From the human T2T-CHM13v2.0 reference genome, Homo sapiens: a DNA stretch of 64,000 nucleotides. The notes beneath the pieces were generated by a model. It was not told the origin of the DNA, made no database searches, and saw only the letters and a program-made list of their open reading frames with translations. The position numbers were made by a program, and so were the translations under genes. The stretch lies in assembly GCF_009914755.1 (NCBI RefSeq), contig NC_060926.1, one strand, 5' to 3'. How positions within the stretch are numbered: position 1 is the first letter of the stretch; the number at the start of each line of letters is the position of its first letter. This document shows positions 37,041 through 51,974 of the stretch, piece by piece.

Positions 37041-39226
37041 CGGGGGGTAGGCACTGACATGGAGGATTTCTGGAGGGGGCCTGGGGACAGGGTGGGAAGG
37101 CGTGTGGCCGGAGCTCGGGCTGGGCTGGAGGAAGTGAGGGTGGGGTGAGACACCCCCTGCTCTGCCTCTTGCTGAGGAAAGCTCCAGGCAGGGGCAGGTG
37201 GGGATGGGGTTTCCTGCAAATCTGCCTCCTGCATCCAGGTGCCTCTTTGCTGAGGGGCTGAAATTCCCAGGTCTCTAAAGTCAGCCTCTTCATGGCCCTG
37301 TGGCTCTTCTCAGCCAGGCCCCCACCTACTGCACACCGGTGCCCCCAATTCTCCCTGCCTGTGTGTGGTGGGCGGGCTCTGTCTGCAGCCAGCTTTCTGC
37401 CTCTCATCTTCCTCTGCCTTGTATCCCCCACCCGCTTCCATAGAATAGCAGAGCAGGGTCTCAGGGGAGGTTCTGAGGAGGTCTCAGCAAAATGGCTTTC
37501 TGGGTATGGGTTTTTGGAGGATTTGCCTAGAGTTGCTGGGTGGCCCAGTGGCTGGCGGTCTCATTTCCTGATGAAGTGTGATGCCAAGCCTCCTCCTGGG
37601 GAGGCCAGGCAGGGGTGGAGAAGAGGGCAGACCAGGGTGTCCATGCAAAGGTCCTTTGCCCGGGCTGCCATCAGCCCAGCGATGCTGTGGGCGCTGCCAT
37701 CCCCCACCCTCACCGTGATGTGTCACAGACAGTCAAACACTGAGTCCAGTCGGGGGGCTAGGAGGGAGGATGAAGCCAGAGGGGTCTCTAGCTGGGCTTC
37801 AGACCATCGGAGGTGGAACCTCTGGGCACAACCGAGGGAAGGGCTGTCCCCAAAAGCTCCTGGAAACACACGCCGCTGTCCCAGGAGTGCACAGCCGCAG
37901 CGTCTGGAGAGCTTCATAGCATCTGCGGGAACTCTCACAGTGACTACATTTTTCCTGGAGGGGGATACAATCTCAGATATGCCTCTTGGGGACTTGGGAG
38001 GTTCTCGGCCCTCACAGCCTTTCCAACAGTTGTTGCGTGCAGGCGCGGCTACCTGGTGGGCCCTGAGCTGTACAGACATCTGCCGCCATCCCCTGACCCC
38101 AAGGCAGGTGGAAATTCAGCCCCAGAACCCTCCTGTCTGCTCCTGGCTCCAGTTGTCCCACTGAGACCTCTCTGGGAGGGGAGGGTGACCAGGCTCCCTC
38201 AGGGACAGCCCCTCTGGGTCCCTCCTTGGCCTCCTGGAGCCTCATGAAATCCTCATCCCGGACTTCCTCACCCTGGGCAGTGGCGGCCTCCATGCCTTGC
38301 CTGGTGGCTACAGGCTGCAGGAAGCCGATGAGGGTGCCCCAGCTGTGTGGCCAGAGGCAGGCCCAGTCCCCATGGGCCTCAGTTGCCCCTGGGCTGACCC
38401 CTTCCCCCACAATTCTAGAGCCCCTGGGGCGGCCTCTGCAGCAGCTGAGGAACACACTGGGGCTGAGGGTGTACGTCTCCGAAGCTTCCGCAAGCCTTGA
38501 CAAATGCCGCCAGGGTGAAATTGCTCTCATGGCTCTGGTCCGGCACAGGGATGAAGCCCATAAATCCAGAGTTCAGGGGCAGGAGGCTCTGAGGAGGGAT
38601 GAGGACCGAGGGCTGCTCCCTGCTAATAGCTGGGTGGCTGCGTGGCACGTGCCACTCCAGGTGGCCGTGATGCCTGGGCTGAGGGGTGAGAGACCAAGGA
38701 TGCATCGAGCAGGTGCTTCTAAAACAGATGGCACCAAACCCCACCGAGTATGTTCCTGCTTTCCTCAATTCATTACTCACTCAATTCGAGTGAGCCTCGA
38801 AACTGCACCACTCACAAGGACGCAAGCAGAGGCCACAGTGCACTGAGGCACTCGGGGCCACCGTGGTCAGCAGGGCCCCCTGCTCAGTGACCTCCTGGGA
38901 CGGAGGCTGTTCCCACAGGGTCAGTCCCTGCTGACCCATTGCACAGGGGTGGCAAATAGGGCAAGGCCCGGCCATGACCGGCAAGGAAGGGGCCTGCACG
39001 GGGCGGCCGGCACGACCTTGCCCAGGGTCCGAGGCTGCAGCCCCAGAACTGGTCACAGAACGGCCAGAGGGGCACGTCCAGCATCTCACGGCCAGTCAGG
39101 GTGGCTTCTCGACTTTCGCCTGTCCCCTTGGTGACAACACCCAACACATAGTGGCCTCCATGAAGACGATCTCTCCTAGTGTGAATCCTGCAGCCCCCAG
39201 GCGAGAAGCTGCCAAACGATTTACAG

Positions 39227-39566
39227 CACGGGTCCCCAACCTTTTTGGCACCAGGGACCGGTTTCATGGAAGACAATTTTTCCACGGATGGTGGAGTGGG
39301 GAAGGTCTTAGGATAAAAGTGTTCCACCTCAGATCATCAGGCATTAGTTAGATTCCCATAAGGAGGGGGCGACTGAGATCCTCACCTGCGCAGTTCTCAA
39401 CAGGGTTCGCGCTCCTCTGAGAATCTAATGCCGCTGCTGCTCTGACAGGAGGCGGAGCTCGGACGGTCATGCTCGCCTGCCCGCCGCTCACCTCCTGCTG
39501 TGCAGCCGGGTTCCTAACAGGCCATGGACCCACACTTGCCCTCAGCCCAGGGGTTGGGGACCCCTG
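39227..39566. mobile_element. MER1B (hAT-Charlie) DNA transposon, full length
   Basis: Terminal inverted repeats ca.gggtccccaacc / ggttggggacccctg. Internal ctttttggcaccagggaccggtttcatggaagacaattttt and gagaatctaatgccgc. Confidence 0.88.
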
Positions 39567-40187
39567 GTTTCCAGGATCAAGTACTCAGCCAGCCCCACCT
39601 CATCTGGTCCTTGGAGCCCAGAGCACAGTCCCAGGGGCCCAAGCAGGGCTCTCCTAGTTACTTCTCCAGCTGTGGGGGCCTTGGGGTCAGGAGCAGCTTG
39701 GGGCCAAGGTGGCCCTTAAGACCCACAGGGGCACTGTGATGTAGGCACCCCGGGACGGGCTGTGACTCCACACGTGGTCCTGGCACCCCCCGTCAGGCCT
39801 GGTCTCTCACGTAAGCAGCTCCCAGCATGGCCTCTTGGGCGTGGTCTAGACCTCTGATGGGGTCCTGTGGATGCAGCGATTTTGGGGAATGAGTCCCTGA
39901 CACAGTTGGGGTGCAGCAGAAGCTGACCCTGTGGGGATTGGCTGAGAGGCCCGCTGGTGACCTGCCTGGGCAGGAGGGTCAGGCCCAGAGGGCTCCTGGC
40001 CGTGGTGTGCACTCCCTCTGGAAGGGCAACCGGAGCTGGAGTCCAGCCTCCTCTATCGATCAGTGTTGTGACCTCTGGCAGCCTTCTCCGAGCCTGTCCC
40101 CTCCGACCCCAGGTAAGGACGTGGCCCCTGAAGTGCCGTGGGAGGATGCGATGGTGGTGCTCCCGGAGCCTTCGGTGAGCACCTTAG

Positions 40188-40314
40188 AAACATCAGCTGT
40201 TTCCAAGACACCCCTGGGCTCTATCTCTGGAACATCAGCTGTTTCCAAGACACCCCTGGGCTCTATCTCTGGAACATCAGCTGTTTCCAAGACACCTCTG
40301 GGCTCCAACTCTGG
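40188..40314. repeat. 42-bp tandem triplication
   Basis: aacatcagctgtttccaagacacc(c/t)ctgggctc; the catcag starts fall at 40191, 40233 and 40275. Confidence 0.95.
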
Positions 40315-42224
40315 CCTCTGCTTCTCTGTGCCTCCTGTCCCCTCCTCCCTGAAACCCGCTGCCCTGCCCCAAGCTTTGTCTCTGCCACTGAGTAGGGCAC
40401 AGCAATGACCAGCCCTGGGGTGGTGACTTTATGAGGCCTCCCCGCTCTGTGGCTGAAAGATGGCTGACCTCACCTAGCTTAGTCCAAGTTCCTGGAGAGA
40501 CCCCAGTGCTTCCCCAGGATGTGCGTCCACCTGGCCGCAGTGCACTGTGGCCACATAATGGGGTCACGGGTCTGGGCCCACCACCCTGGCCTGTGAAGTG
40601 TGTGGCCTGTGCCCTCCTGGGGCCTGGGCACACTCACTCCTGTCTGTTCTAGGATTCACCACCTGTAGCCAGAGGATCTGGGCACGGTGACCTGGAAACA
40701 GGGAGCTCCAGCTGCCATCAAGAACACATCCAGGTTGGGCCCTGAAACCCCTGCTGTGGCTGAACTCAGAGGCTTCCTGGGGTCCTGAGTGAAGGAGGGC
40801 CCGCTCCCTTCTCCCACCTCTGCCCCAGCCATGAGACCAGTCCCCGCCAGCTGCTGGCTTGAGACATAGGAACAAAGGTGGTCCAGGGTCAGGAGCCCAG
40901 GGGTCAGGGAACAGGGGTCAGGGGACACAGGAGCAAAGGTGGTGGGGGGGCGCCATGGAAACAGGGATCCCTTGGCTGGCAGGGACGGGTGGCTGTGCAT
41001 CCCCGCTGTGTGAGGCAGCACGTGCAGGCCTGTGGCCCCGGCACGTTTACTAACAGTCCCTTTCACTTTCTCAAGTGTGGGGGGCAGGTGATCAGTTAAA
41101 GGTGTCCCTAGTGGGTGGGATGTGGAATTTAGGCCTATCAGCTAGGGGAGAGGCCAGGAAGCTTGACACAGCCAGCTGTCCCTTCACTCTCCTTCCTCAG
41201 TGCAGAGTTCCAGACTCCATCCTCCTGGGAAGCAAGCTCCAGTTTCTGAAAGGATCCGTCAGGCCCCTAGTGGGTAGGCATGGGGACTTTCTGCCTCTTG
41301 GACAAGCTCTGCCGGTGGGCGTGTCAGCCAGGGACCGAGTGTGTGTTTTCTCTCTCCTGCTCTCACAGAAATGCAGGGAGATTAGAGAGATCTTCTGGGG
41401 AGGCAGTGTTTTGTTTCCTTTAGCCTCAAGCGGCCAGCGGTTAAAGATGTGGTTACAAGGTTGTTTATTAAGTTGAGATTTATTTTACCACTTTATTAAG
41501 TCAACATGATTGAGTCCATTGAGAATTTGATTTTCAGGGCGGATGCAGAAGCTTATTTATACAACTAAGATAATCATGAAAAAAATGAATCCATGGTTAA
41601 TATATTTTAACTTAGTTTTGTTTAAAAGATTAAAGACGCCACTATGATCAAATTACTTTCTCATTGCTGGCTTGGGTTTTGGTGGTAGTTCCTTTAATCA
41701 TGCCACATTATTTCAAATACTGGTGCCTCAATTAGATTATTAAAAGAAAACTATGCTGTTAATTGGATTGTGCAGGGAATAATAAGTCCTCTTTGACTTA
41801 GCAAAGGGTGGCTGCCGGGGGCCTCTGTCCTGTGCAGAGAACAGACTGGCTGCTTGATCCAAGGTTGAGTTTGTGGAGACCTCTGTGTGTTTTCCACGGG
41901 CCAGGCTGCCATGGAATAGATGTCTATTTCCGAGAACAAACTTTCATGATAGGATGATAAGGGCTGCTCCCCTAACACAGGCATTGACCATTTCAGTCTT
42001 TACCTACCAATCTCCTTGCATCTTAAATATATTTCTTCCATCTCTTCCTGTGATGTCCTCTTGTAGGAGAGTCTGTTCTGTAGAACACATCAGCGAACCA
42101 AGCCTTGGCTGAGGTTCCAGTGCTATGGGAGACTGCTGGGGACTGAGTCCCTGGCTCCACTGCACCCTGGGCTTATTTGAGTTGGGTTGTGCCCTTGACA
42201 GCCCCCATGGGAGGCAAGAGGGGT

Positions 42225-42670
42225 CAGCTTTCCATGCTGTAAACAAATGACCACAAATGTGGTACTTATAACACCACCACTTATTCTCTTCGTTTCTGTA
42301 AGTAGACATTCCAGGCATGGCTTAGCAAGGTCCTCTGCAGAGGGTCTCACAGGATGCAATCTGGGGTCACCTGGGCTGTGTTCTCATCTGCAGGCTCAAC
42401 TCAGGAAGGACATGCTTCCAACTCCTGCAGGTTGTCAGCAGGATTCAATTCCTGTGCCTGTGGACTGCATGGCAGCTGCTCTTTTAAAGCCACAGGAGGA
42501 TCTCTCACTCGACTCTGCAAAGACGCTGGAGTCTTACACAATTGCAGAGTGACGCCCAGCACCCATGTCACATTGTGTGACCTAGAAGCAAGCCACAGTC
42601 TCCACCACTCTCAAGAGGAGCAGATTATACAAGTTACCACTCACTGGGGGTCACTTTAGGCTGTGTGACA
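42225..42670 (-). mobile_element. MaLR LTR (MLT1)
   Basis: gctgtaaacaaatgaccacaaa..ttctgta..gacattccaggcatggcttagc..gggtctcacagg. Confidence 0.65.
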
Positions 42671-43663
42671 TGCAGTGATTAAAATAAAGGGGCATTTTTA
42701 GCCAGGAAGGACAGGCAGAATTTAACGCCAGCCATGAAAAAGGTGGCTGGGAGGTGGAGGGAGAGGGGTCTGGAGGGCAGTGGTGAGCAGAGCTAAAAGC
42801 TCAAGGTAAAGGAATTTTGACTTGATGGTATAAACAGTGGGAGACAATCATTGTTTCTGAAGTTGCTTTTTTTATTTGAATATTGACATGTAGGTAGGTG
42901 GATAATGGGATTGGGCTGACCTCTTGACTTTCCTCAGCTTATAGAACCTCTAAAGGGTGGTCCCCACCCCTGCCCCATCTCCAGTCAGGCCCGTGCAGCG
43001 GCCTGACATCCACTGAACAGTTCTCACCAGCATCCTGGCCTGGCCACTTCCTTGGGTAGTCACGTTGTGGCAGTGCCTATGGCTTCAAATTCTCCGGGTG
43101 GTCCAAACCTTAGGGAGAATGAGCTGAGCAGGCTGTGGCAGCTGCGCGTCCTAGCCCTTCTGGCATAGAGCCTTCTCATTTGCCCAAGTGAGGCTTCTGT
43201 CATAGAATTTCAAGCATCCTTATTGTGGAAGTGTTTAGGTGAATGGGGCTTCCAGAAATTCCCATCACACCGCAGTCAGCTGCCTTGGACTCCTGGCTCC
43301 CCCTGGGCTGGCCTCACCTGCAAGGACAACGTCTGTTTGTCTGTTAAACAAAGCATCCTGTGGTACGAGGCCACGCTGTGAGGAGGGCTCTGGAATTTTC
43401 ACACTTCTCTCCTGGGTGCCCTGTGGAAGAACAGGCGTTCTTTCTGATTCTGAGCTTGTCTTTGGCACACGTGTTTGTCCTGTCCTGGCTAGCATGGTGC
43501 AAACTAGTGTTTGCCAAGCGGGAGAGAATACCTGCCAAATGGGAAGTTCAGGGGAGACTGAGATGATTTGAACACTTAGTTTTCATGCATTCTTAAAATA
43601 ACAGAGGTCTGAGAAACAACAACAAAGTAATCTTCTAGTTCTTAGTGTATTCAAATAAGCTGC

Positions 43664-44025
43664 TGTATTAGTCCGTTTTCATGCTTCTGATAAAGACATA
43701 CCCAAGACTGGGTAATTTATAAGGAAAAAGAAGTTTAATGAACTCACAGTTCCACGTGGCTGGGGAGGCCTCACAATCATGGCAGGAGGTGAAAGGCATG
43801 TCTTACATGGCGGCAGGCAAAAGAGAATGGGAGACAAGTGAAAGAGGAAACCCCTTATAAAAACATCAGGTCTCTTGAGACTTATTCACTACCACAAGGA
43901 CAGTGTGGAGGAAACTGCCTCCATGATTCAAGTATCTCCCACCAGCTCCCGCCCATCACACATGGGAATTATGGGAGCTATAATTCAAGATGAGATTTGG
44001 GTAGGGACACAGCCAAACCTTATCA
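43664..44025 (-). mobile_element. THE1 solo LTR
   Basis: tgtattagtccgttttcatgc..gataaagacatacccaagactggg ... gagatttgggtagggacacagccaaacc.tatca. Confidence 0.92.
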
Positions 44026-45039
44026 GTTGCCTACTTGGAATATTCAGAAGGCCCAGAATAACTGCAAATGTTTCCTTCCCCAATTTGGTGTGTGGGGTTT
44101 TCCCCCAAGATGGAAATACTGTTACTATTCAGCGATTATAAACGTAATACATGTTTGAAGTTAAATGTTCAAACTTTACAGAGGTGTATATCATAAAAAA
44201 GAAAGTCCTCCACAATTTCCACTCTCATCTAGTTAATCACTATTACAATTATCAACATGTTCTTCTGTGCTTGTACAATTTATTTTATGTACCTGAAACC
44301 TGCTTTCTGTATTCGCTCTCTAACCTGTATAATTTACTTAGTACACCTTGGATATCTTCATATGTGTAGAGACAGCATTTTAGGGTTTGTTTTGGCCTCA
44401 ACTAAACTCGGAGTTGAAATAAATTTAGGAAAGTGGATTTTTAACCTGATTGAGTAAATTCTTTCCTTTTGATTTTTTTTCCTCTTATTAATGTTCAGGT
44501 TTGGAGAGAGAGTACAGTTTTACTAAAAATGCATCACAAGTGAGCCAGAAAAATTTCTGATATATTAAACTTTTCTGATTAAATTTTAAAAACTAGTGGA
44601 AAGTAATATAATGATAAATGGGCCCCTTCCCACACTTCACTTGCCACCTCCATTTCTGACCTAACAGCGTTGGAAGAAAGGAAGGGGCAATGGGATAAAG
44701 GGTGGGCTCTGCTTCAGGCTCACACACGGGGAGGCACTGCTGGTGTTCTGCTTCCTGTCTGCTCAAGGCCCCGGGACAGACTGGGGCTGCTGCAGATGCA
44801 GACATCTTGAGCTGTCAGCAGGATGCCCTGTGCTTCACAAGGCCTCCCTAGGATGGGGCCATGGGAACCCATGCATGGAGTCCAGCAGACGTTGAAATAA
44901 AGACAACCTTGAGCCTCATTCATGCTGACAGGAAGGTCAATATAAATAAACCCATTTCATCCTTTCTTAACAGTTATATACTATCCCCCTGCGTCAAGGT
45001 ACATCTTTAGGGATGGCCAAGAAGCATTTAGTCGGTTAT

Positions 45040-45610
45040 TCTGTTCACTCATTCAACACAGTATACCAGATGTCTAAAAGGTGATAAGCTCTGTTTCAGG
45101 CGTTAGGAATGCAGAGGGAACAAACAGGATGAAGGCGTTTCACCTTGTGGAGCTTTTATGAGTGTGTGTGTGTGTGTGCGCGTGTGTGTGTGTGCGTGTG
45201 TGTGTGTGTGTGTAGGGGATGACAGCTAAAGAATGAATATAACACGTAGAACATTAGTGGGTGCCGTGGATGAAAATAAAGCAGAAAAGTGAATCAGGAG
45301 TGACTGTGTGCGTGTGTGTGTGTTTTGGGAAGGTGAATAGGGATTTTAAATAGGACGGTGGTCAGGAAAAGCCTGAGTGGTCATGTGTGAGGCAAGACCT
45401 AAGAAGGTGTTGGGGAGAGAATCCCTGAAGCAGATGTTGGGAAAAAAGCATTCCAGGCATAGGGAACAGCATGCACAAAGGCCCTGAGGGGAGGGCATGG
45501 TTAACACACAGCAAAGAGTCCTCTCTGATCCAGTGGACTGAGCAAGCGACAGAGTCGTAGGCATTAAGGTCAGGGGGTAAATGGAGGAGCGATCCATTAG
45601 GGTCTTAAAG
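45040..45610 (-). mobile_element. L2 fragments containing a (TG)n microsatellite (45162-45213)
   Basis: ttcactcattcaaca, ggtggtcaggaaa and gcattccaggca.agggaacagcatgcacaaaggccctgagg. Confidence 0.7.
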
Positions 45611-48400
45611 TCAATTTTTGACATAGAATGAACTGCTCGTATTTAAAAATACCGTGATGATGTTTGACCCACGCACGACCCATAAAGTCAGCACCACAAA
45701 CAAGATGACAGATGTGTCCGTCACCACCATAAGTTTCCTTGTGTTTAGTAACCCTTTCCTCCCACCCTTCCTGCCTGAAAGAGATTGTTAAAATTCAAAT
45801 AAATATCAATTAATTCCAGCATCATTTTAAGCTTTTCTTTCAAAATTGAATAACTAAATTCTGATAAACTGATAAACCTGATAAACTGAATGATCTCTGC
45901 ATCTTTGTCGTAAGTCAGTGGATCATATATATGTGGGTTTATTTTTTACACTATTCTGTTTCATCCATCTGTTTGTCTATCTTTATAGTAATATCACAGT
46001 CTTGACTACTGTAGCTTTATAATAAGTCTTGAAGCCAGGTAGTGTTGGTCCTCCGATTTCATTCTTCTTTTTCTATGTTGTTTTGGCCATCCTGGTCCCT
46101 TTACGCTTCCAAATGAATCAGCTTGTCAGCTTCTTCAAATGATCCCGATGGGACCTCTGATTAAGACTGCACTGACAATACAGATCTAAATGAGGAGGAT
46201 CAGCATCTTGACAACACTGAGTCTTCTGGCTCATGAACATGGGGGTCTCACTCCATTTTTTAGTTTTTAAATGTCTCTCAGCAATGTTTTGTGGTTTCAG
46301 AGTACAGGTTTTATACATTGTCAGTTTTGTCTTTAAACATTTCATATTTTGATGCTATTGAAAAAGAAATTTTAAAATTTCAAGTTCCAATTATTTGTTT
46401 CCAGGATATAGAAATCCAGTTAATTTTGATATGTCGATTTTCTATCCTGCAACTTTGATGACTTAATTACTTGTTATAGTGACTTTTTTGTAGTCTCCAT
46501 TGGATTTGCTACAGAGATGATCAGGTTGTCTAGAAAGAAAGACAGTTTAATTTCTTTTCCAATCTAGATCCCTTTAATTTCTCTTTCCTCATTTATTAGA
46601 CAAGAACATCCAGTGTAATGTTGAATAGACAGGATGAGAGCAGATGTCCTTGCCTTATTTCTGATTTTAGAGAGAAAACATTGTTATTCCCCATCTAAGT
46701 GTGATGTTAGTTATGGGTTGTTCATAGATGTGCTTTATAGGTTGTGAGCATTGTATTTCATTGCTAACTTGCTCAGAGTTTTTTTTTTTAATCAGAGATG
46801 AATATTGGGTTTTGTCAAATGCATTTTCAGCATCTATTAAGGTAGTCATATGGTTTTTTTTCCCTTTTTAGTTTAATATTAATTTTCAAATGTTAAACCA
46901 AACTAGTATGCCTGGGGTAAACCATACTCGGTAATAATGAGTTATCCTTTTTATATATTATTGAGTCCAGCTGACTAAAATTTGGCTAAGAACTGTGATG
47001 TCTGTAATGACCTAGCAGTTTGTAGATAGCAGTTTGTAGTTTTCTTGTTTTGTTTTTGCTTTTGTTTTTGTTTTCTGAGACAGGGTCTTACTCTGTGGCC
47101 CAGGCTGGAGTGCAGCGGTGCCACCTCTGGTTCACTGCAGCCTCAACTTCCCAGGCCCAGGTGACCATTCCACCTCTGCCTTCCAAGTAGCTGGGACTAC
47201 AGGTATGCACCACCATGCCAGGATAATTTTTTGTGTTTTTTGTAGAGACAAGGTTTTGCCACGTTGTCCAGGCTGGTCTTGGATTCCTGGGCCCAAGTGA
47301 TCAGCTTGCCTTGGCCTCCCAAGGTGCTGGGATTACAGATGTGAGCCACTGTATCTGTCTTTGTCAGATTTTAGTCACAGGGTAATGTTGGTTTCATAGG
47401 ATGAGTGGGGAAATGCTCTCTCCTTTTCAATATTCTGGGGAGTTGGTGTAGAAAGGCTTGAGTTCCTCTTTTCATATTTGTTTGAATTCTTCAGTGAAGA
47501 CTTCTGGACCTGGAGTTATGTTGGTGGGGAGGCTTTTAACTATAAATTCAATTTCTTTAACAGATATATGGTTATAAAGGTATGTATTTCTGTTTGAGTG
47601 AGCTTTTGTAATTTCGGGAATTTGTTCATTTTATCTAAGGTGTCAGATTTATTAGCATAAAGCTTTTCATCAAATTCCCTTATTATCCTTTTGGTATCTG
47701 TAGAATCTGTCATGATGTCATCTCCTCATTCCTGATATTGGTAATTTGTGTCTTCTCTCTTTTTTCCTGATAAGTCTGGTCAGAGACTTATCATTTTTAT
47801 TGATCTACTCTAAGAACTAGCTTTTGGGTTCATCGATTTTTCTCTACATTTTTCTGTTTTCTATTTCATTGATTTCCACTATAATCATGAGTCTTTTTCT
47901 TCTATTTACACTGGGTTAGTTCACTCTTCTTTTCTAGTTTTTTAAAGTGGAAGATTAGGTCATTGATCTGAAACCTTTCTTCTTTTCTAATACAGGCATT
48001 TAGTGCTATATCAATACTACATTAGCAGCACCTACACAATTTGACATGCTGTGTTTTCACTTTCACTTAGTTCAAACTTTTTTGTTGTTTTCCTTTGATT
48101 TCATCTTTGAAGCATGGGGTATTAAAAGCTGTGTTATTTAGTTTGCAAATACTTGCGAATTTCCAGATATCCTTCTGTTATTGAATTATATTTTAATTCC
48201 ATTTTTGCTAAGGAACGTGCTCTGTATTCTTTGAATGCTTTCAAATTCATGCCATTTTCTTACAGTTCAGAATATGGCCTATATTGATTAAAATGTGCAC
48301 TTGAAAAGAATATGTATTCTGCTGTTGTTGGGTGGAGGGGTCTCCAAATGTTAGCTGTCAGGTTTTTTGATAAGGGGATTCAAGTCTTCTATGTCCTTAC
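45610..48400 (-). mobile_element. Ancient L1 ORF2 remnant (antisense), interrupted by an Alu
   Basis: T-rich on +. ORF 46667-46849(-) reads LIDAENAFDKTQ..IKHIYEQPITNITL, matching the L1 reverse-transcriptase motif SIDAEKAFDKIQ..IYDKPTANIIL. Many stops and frameshifts. Confidence 0.9.
47041..47358 (-). mobile_element. AluJ-like, nested in L1
   Basis: tgagacagggtcttactctgtggcccaggctggagtgcag ... gctgggattacagatgtgagccactg. Confidence 0.92.
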
Positions 48401-50944
48401 TGGTTTTCTGTTTACTTGTGGTTTTTTACTTATGTTTATTTTTTATTTTTTTTTTAGGGAAGGGAACACTGAAATGCCTATTAGACATTTTCACTTATAT
48501 CAGTGTTCTGAAAAATGCTGCAGGGACCATCCTCATACATTTGCCTGGCATCTATTTCACTCAGGTGCATTTCTATAAGCCCTTCCACGTTGTTACAGAG
48601 CTTATCTTCCAGAAAGCTTGTTTCACTTCATGTTTCTGCCAACAGTGTGTGAGCATGCTATCTCCCTGACCTCTCCCCACTTTAACATCCCACCAGGAAA
48701 GGTTATGTTTTCTGTCCGTATTATGTGCTTCCTGGAACAGTCTCTATTCTGGGCCCCTCTTTATTCTCCACCTTTCCAGTATCTCCAGATTGTGAGGTCT
48801 CTGAATAGGAATCCCTCTGCTTTAGAGTTGCCGAAATGCTGGGCTGAGTAACCTGGTCTGGGCACCTTCAGGGGAGATGAGGCATTCCCATTACAAAGCT
48901 TCTGCCGGGCCTTATGGATGCCCTTCCATGACCTCGATCCCATCCTGGCTCATTGATTCTCATCCTTACTCTGCCCTGCTTTCTTATCTCACATCCCCTT
49001 ATGGGGGGAAGAGCAAATCAGACATGTGGAAGGTCTCCAGCTCTACTCTCCTCTTTAGAGAGCAGCTCCTTCAGCTTTCAATGCATCCTGTACTCACAAT
49101 GCTTCCCTGGTGTCTGTCAGTGTCTGGGACCCTCTCTGCAGGCATCATGAAGAGGAGCCCCAGGAGCTCATGGTCTAGATGCTGAGGATGTGACAACCTG
49201 GCCTTGCAATTAAGAAGCCTGGAGGGGCAGATGAGGGCACAGATGAAGGCACCGGCTAACAGCCCCAAGAGAGGAGCCACTTGCAGCCATCAGCAGGGAT
49301 TAGAAGATCCCTAATCTTCCCGGGGAAGATTCTATATGTTGGAATAAAACAAGTCTCTCCTTTTCTCACCAGCTGTAGGACGGAGATATATAACAGATGT
49401 GTTCACAGTGCCCAAGCCTCCATAAATGACTAGGCAGAGTCTTCTGGAAGGTCATGATTTCACATCTCTCTGTGTGAGTAGTGAGCTGTGAAATGGCCCA
49501 AGAGATCTTGTCTCTCTGCAACCACTGGGGAGCGCTTGACTTGTCCAGGTGTGAGCTTCCTAATCCCTGCTGATGGCCGCAAGTGGCTCTTCTCTTGGGG
49601 CTGTAGGCTGGTTCCTTGAAAGTGCTTTCAGCCACTGCAGTAGGGCTTGAGTGAGTGGCCAGGGAGATGTTCATTTTCACTGGAGAAGCCTCAAGGAGAG
49701 AGAGAAGCAACTCTGGGCAAAGAAACTATGTTCTGAGGGAAAACTGGGTATGAGAGCCTGTGTGGCCACATCCACCAAGGGGAGTGGAGTCAGGGCCATG
49801 GATGTTCCAGAATAAGATTAATCAACATATGGGGTCAGAGGGTCCCTCCAGGGAGGTCCACTATTTCAAACCAGCCAGCATCTTCAACCTTTCCACCATC
49901 AAAGCTTCACAGAGGGGAATATTATGAATAGCAAGAAATGTGCAGGAAGACTGTTTCTTCTGTTCTATTTCTGCTCCTTTAAAATAGCTCTGTATGTCCA
50001 ACAGCTTCCCTGGGTAATAAGACCCAACCTTAGAATAAAATGCACTGCATTCTTCAAATCACGAGGCCAACTCGGCAGGGCAGCCGTTGAGAGGAGGTGG
50101 GACCCCCTGGAAGTGTTTCCTCCTTTGTTAAGAGGCTGTCATGGTGATGGGGCCACAGGATGGAGCTCTAGGAGAAGGCTGGGTAAATACTGGGATGTTC
50201 CATCTCACAAGCTCTTGGCAAAGGTTTAGATCAGGTTTAGGCTTGGACCAGGCCATGAAACAACTCCCACGTCCAGGTGGGTCTCGAGGCCCAGGCATCT
50301 TCCCAAGGCTACTGGCCCCAGGGCCCTTGGCTGGGTGATGCAGGCCTAGACCCTGCATCAGCGCTCCATGGCAAGGAGGGGTCCTTCTGGCCAGGGGCCC
50401 TGGGCCAGCACAAGGGCAGGAGCGCACTGGAAACAGCCGCATACACCGGAAACAGAAACACAGGTGGACACAGGAGCCCCCACGCCACCTGACTTTCTCT
50501 GGCACCCCGTGCAGCCCAGGAGGAGCCAGTGCAGGATGAGAGAGGTCTCTCCCAGCCCCAAGCCCTGGGTGGGCTCCTGCTGCACTCCAGCCCAGGGGAA
50601 GATTTGTCTTGGCCCCACCTGTGCCAGCCCTAGGATGGAACTGCTGACACTGTTGGGAAGCCCAGACAGAGATTTATGAAAAGCTGTTTCCACCAGTGAG
50701 GACCACATAAAAACAGGATCCATAAAATATTGAGTGAAAAAATAAGATTGCAGACAGATTTACATCGATTCTCTTTTCCACGCGCATGTTCTCATTTTTT
50801 AATTCCTGTCCAAGAAGCCGAACGTCTCCTCCTCCCTAAAGGCACCCCCTCCCGTCCAGGCCTGTGCTTCTCCTCCCTTCCCCACCTCTCCAACTCCCCA
50901 GAGCCTCCTGAGCCCACCACTGAGATGGGGTCTTAAGCCCCTGC

Positions 50945-51792
<848 letters not shown>

Positions 51793-51974
51793 TCACACTT
51801 CAGAGAAGTCTGTTTTGCTGCCTTGATTTCCCTCCATCCACCCTCCTTGATCACCTTCAACCTGGCCATGTCCTCCTGCTTCCCTCCTGAAACTCTCCTC
51901 TGGAAGGTCCCCAAGGACCATGCAGCCACGGCACACCTGCTCCTCTTCTTTCTGATACTAATGGAACATTAACA

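Noticed and set aside
37292-38846. 290-aa and 206-aa ORFs
   Set aside because: No recognisable homology or exon structure, and similar-length frames are open on both strands.
46667-46849. Reverse-transcriptase motif suggesting an active retroelement or retron
   Set aside because: It is a short decayed fragment of an ancient L1 ORF2, surrounded by stops and interrupted by an Alu.
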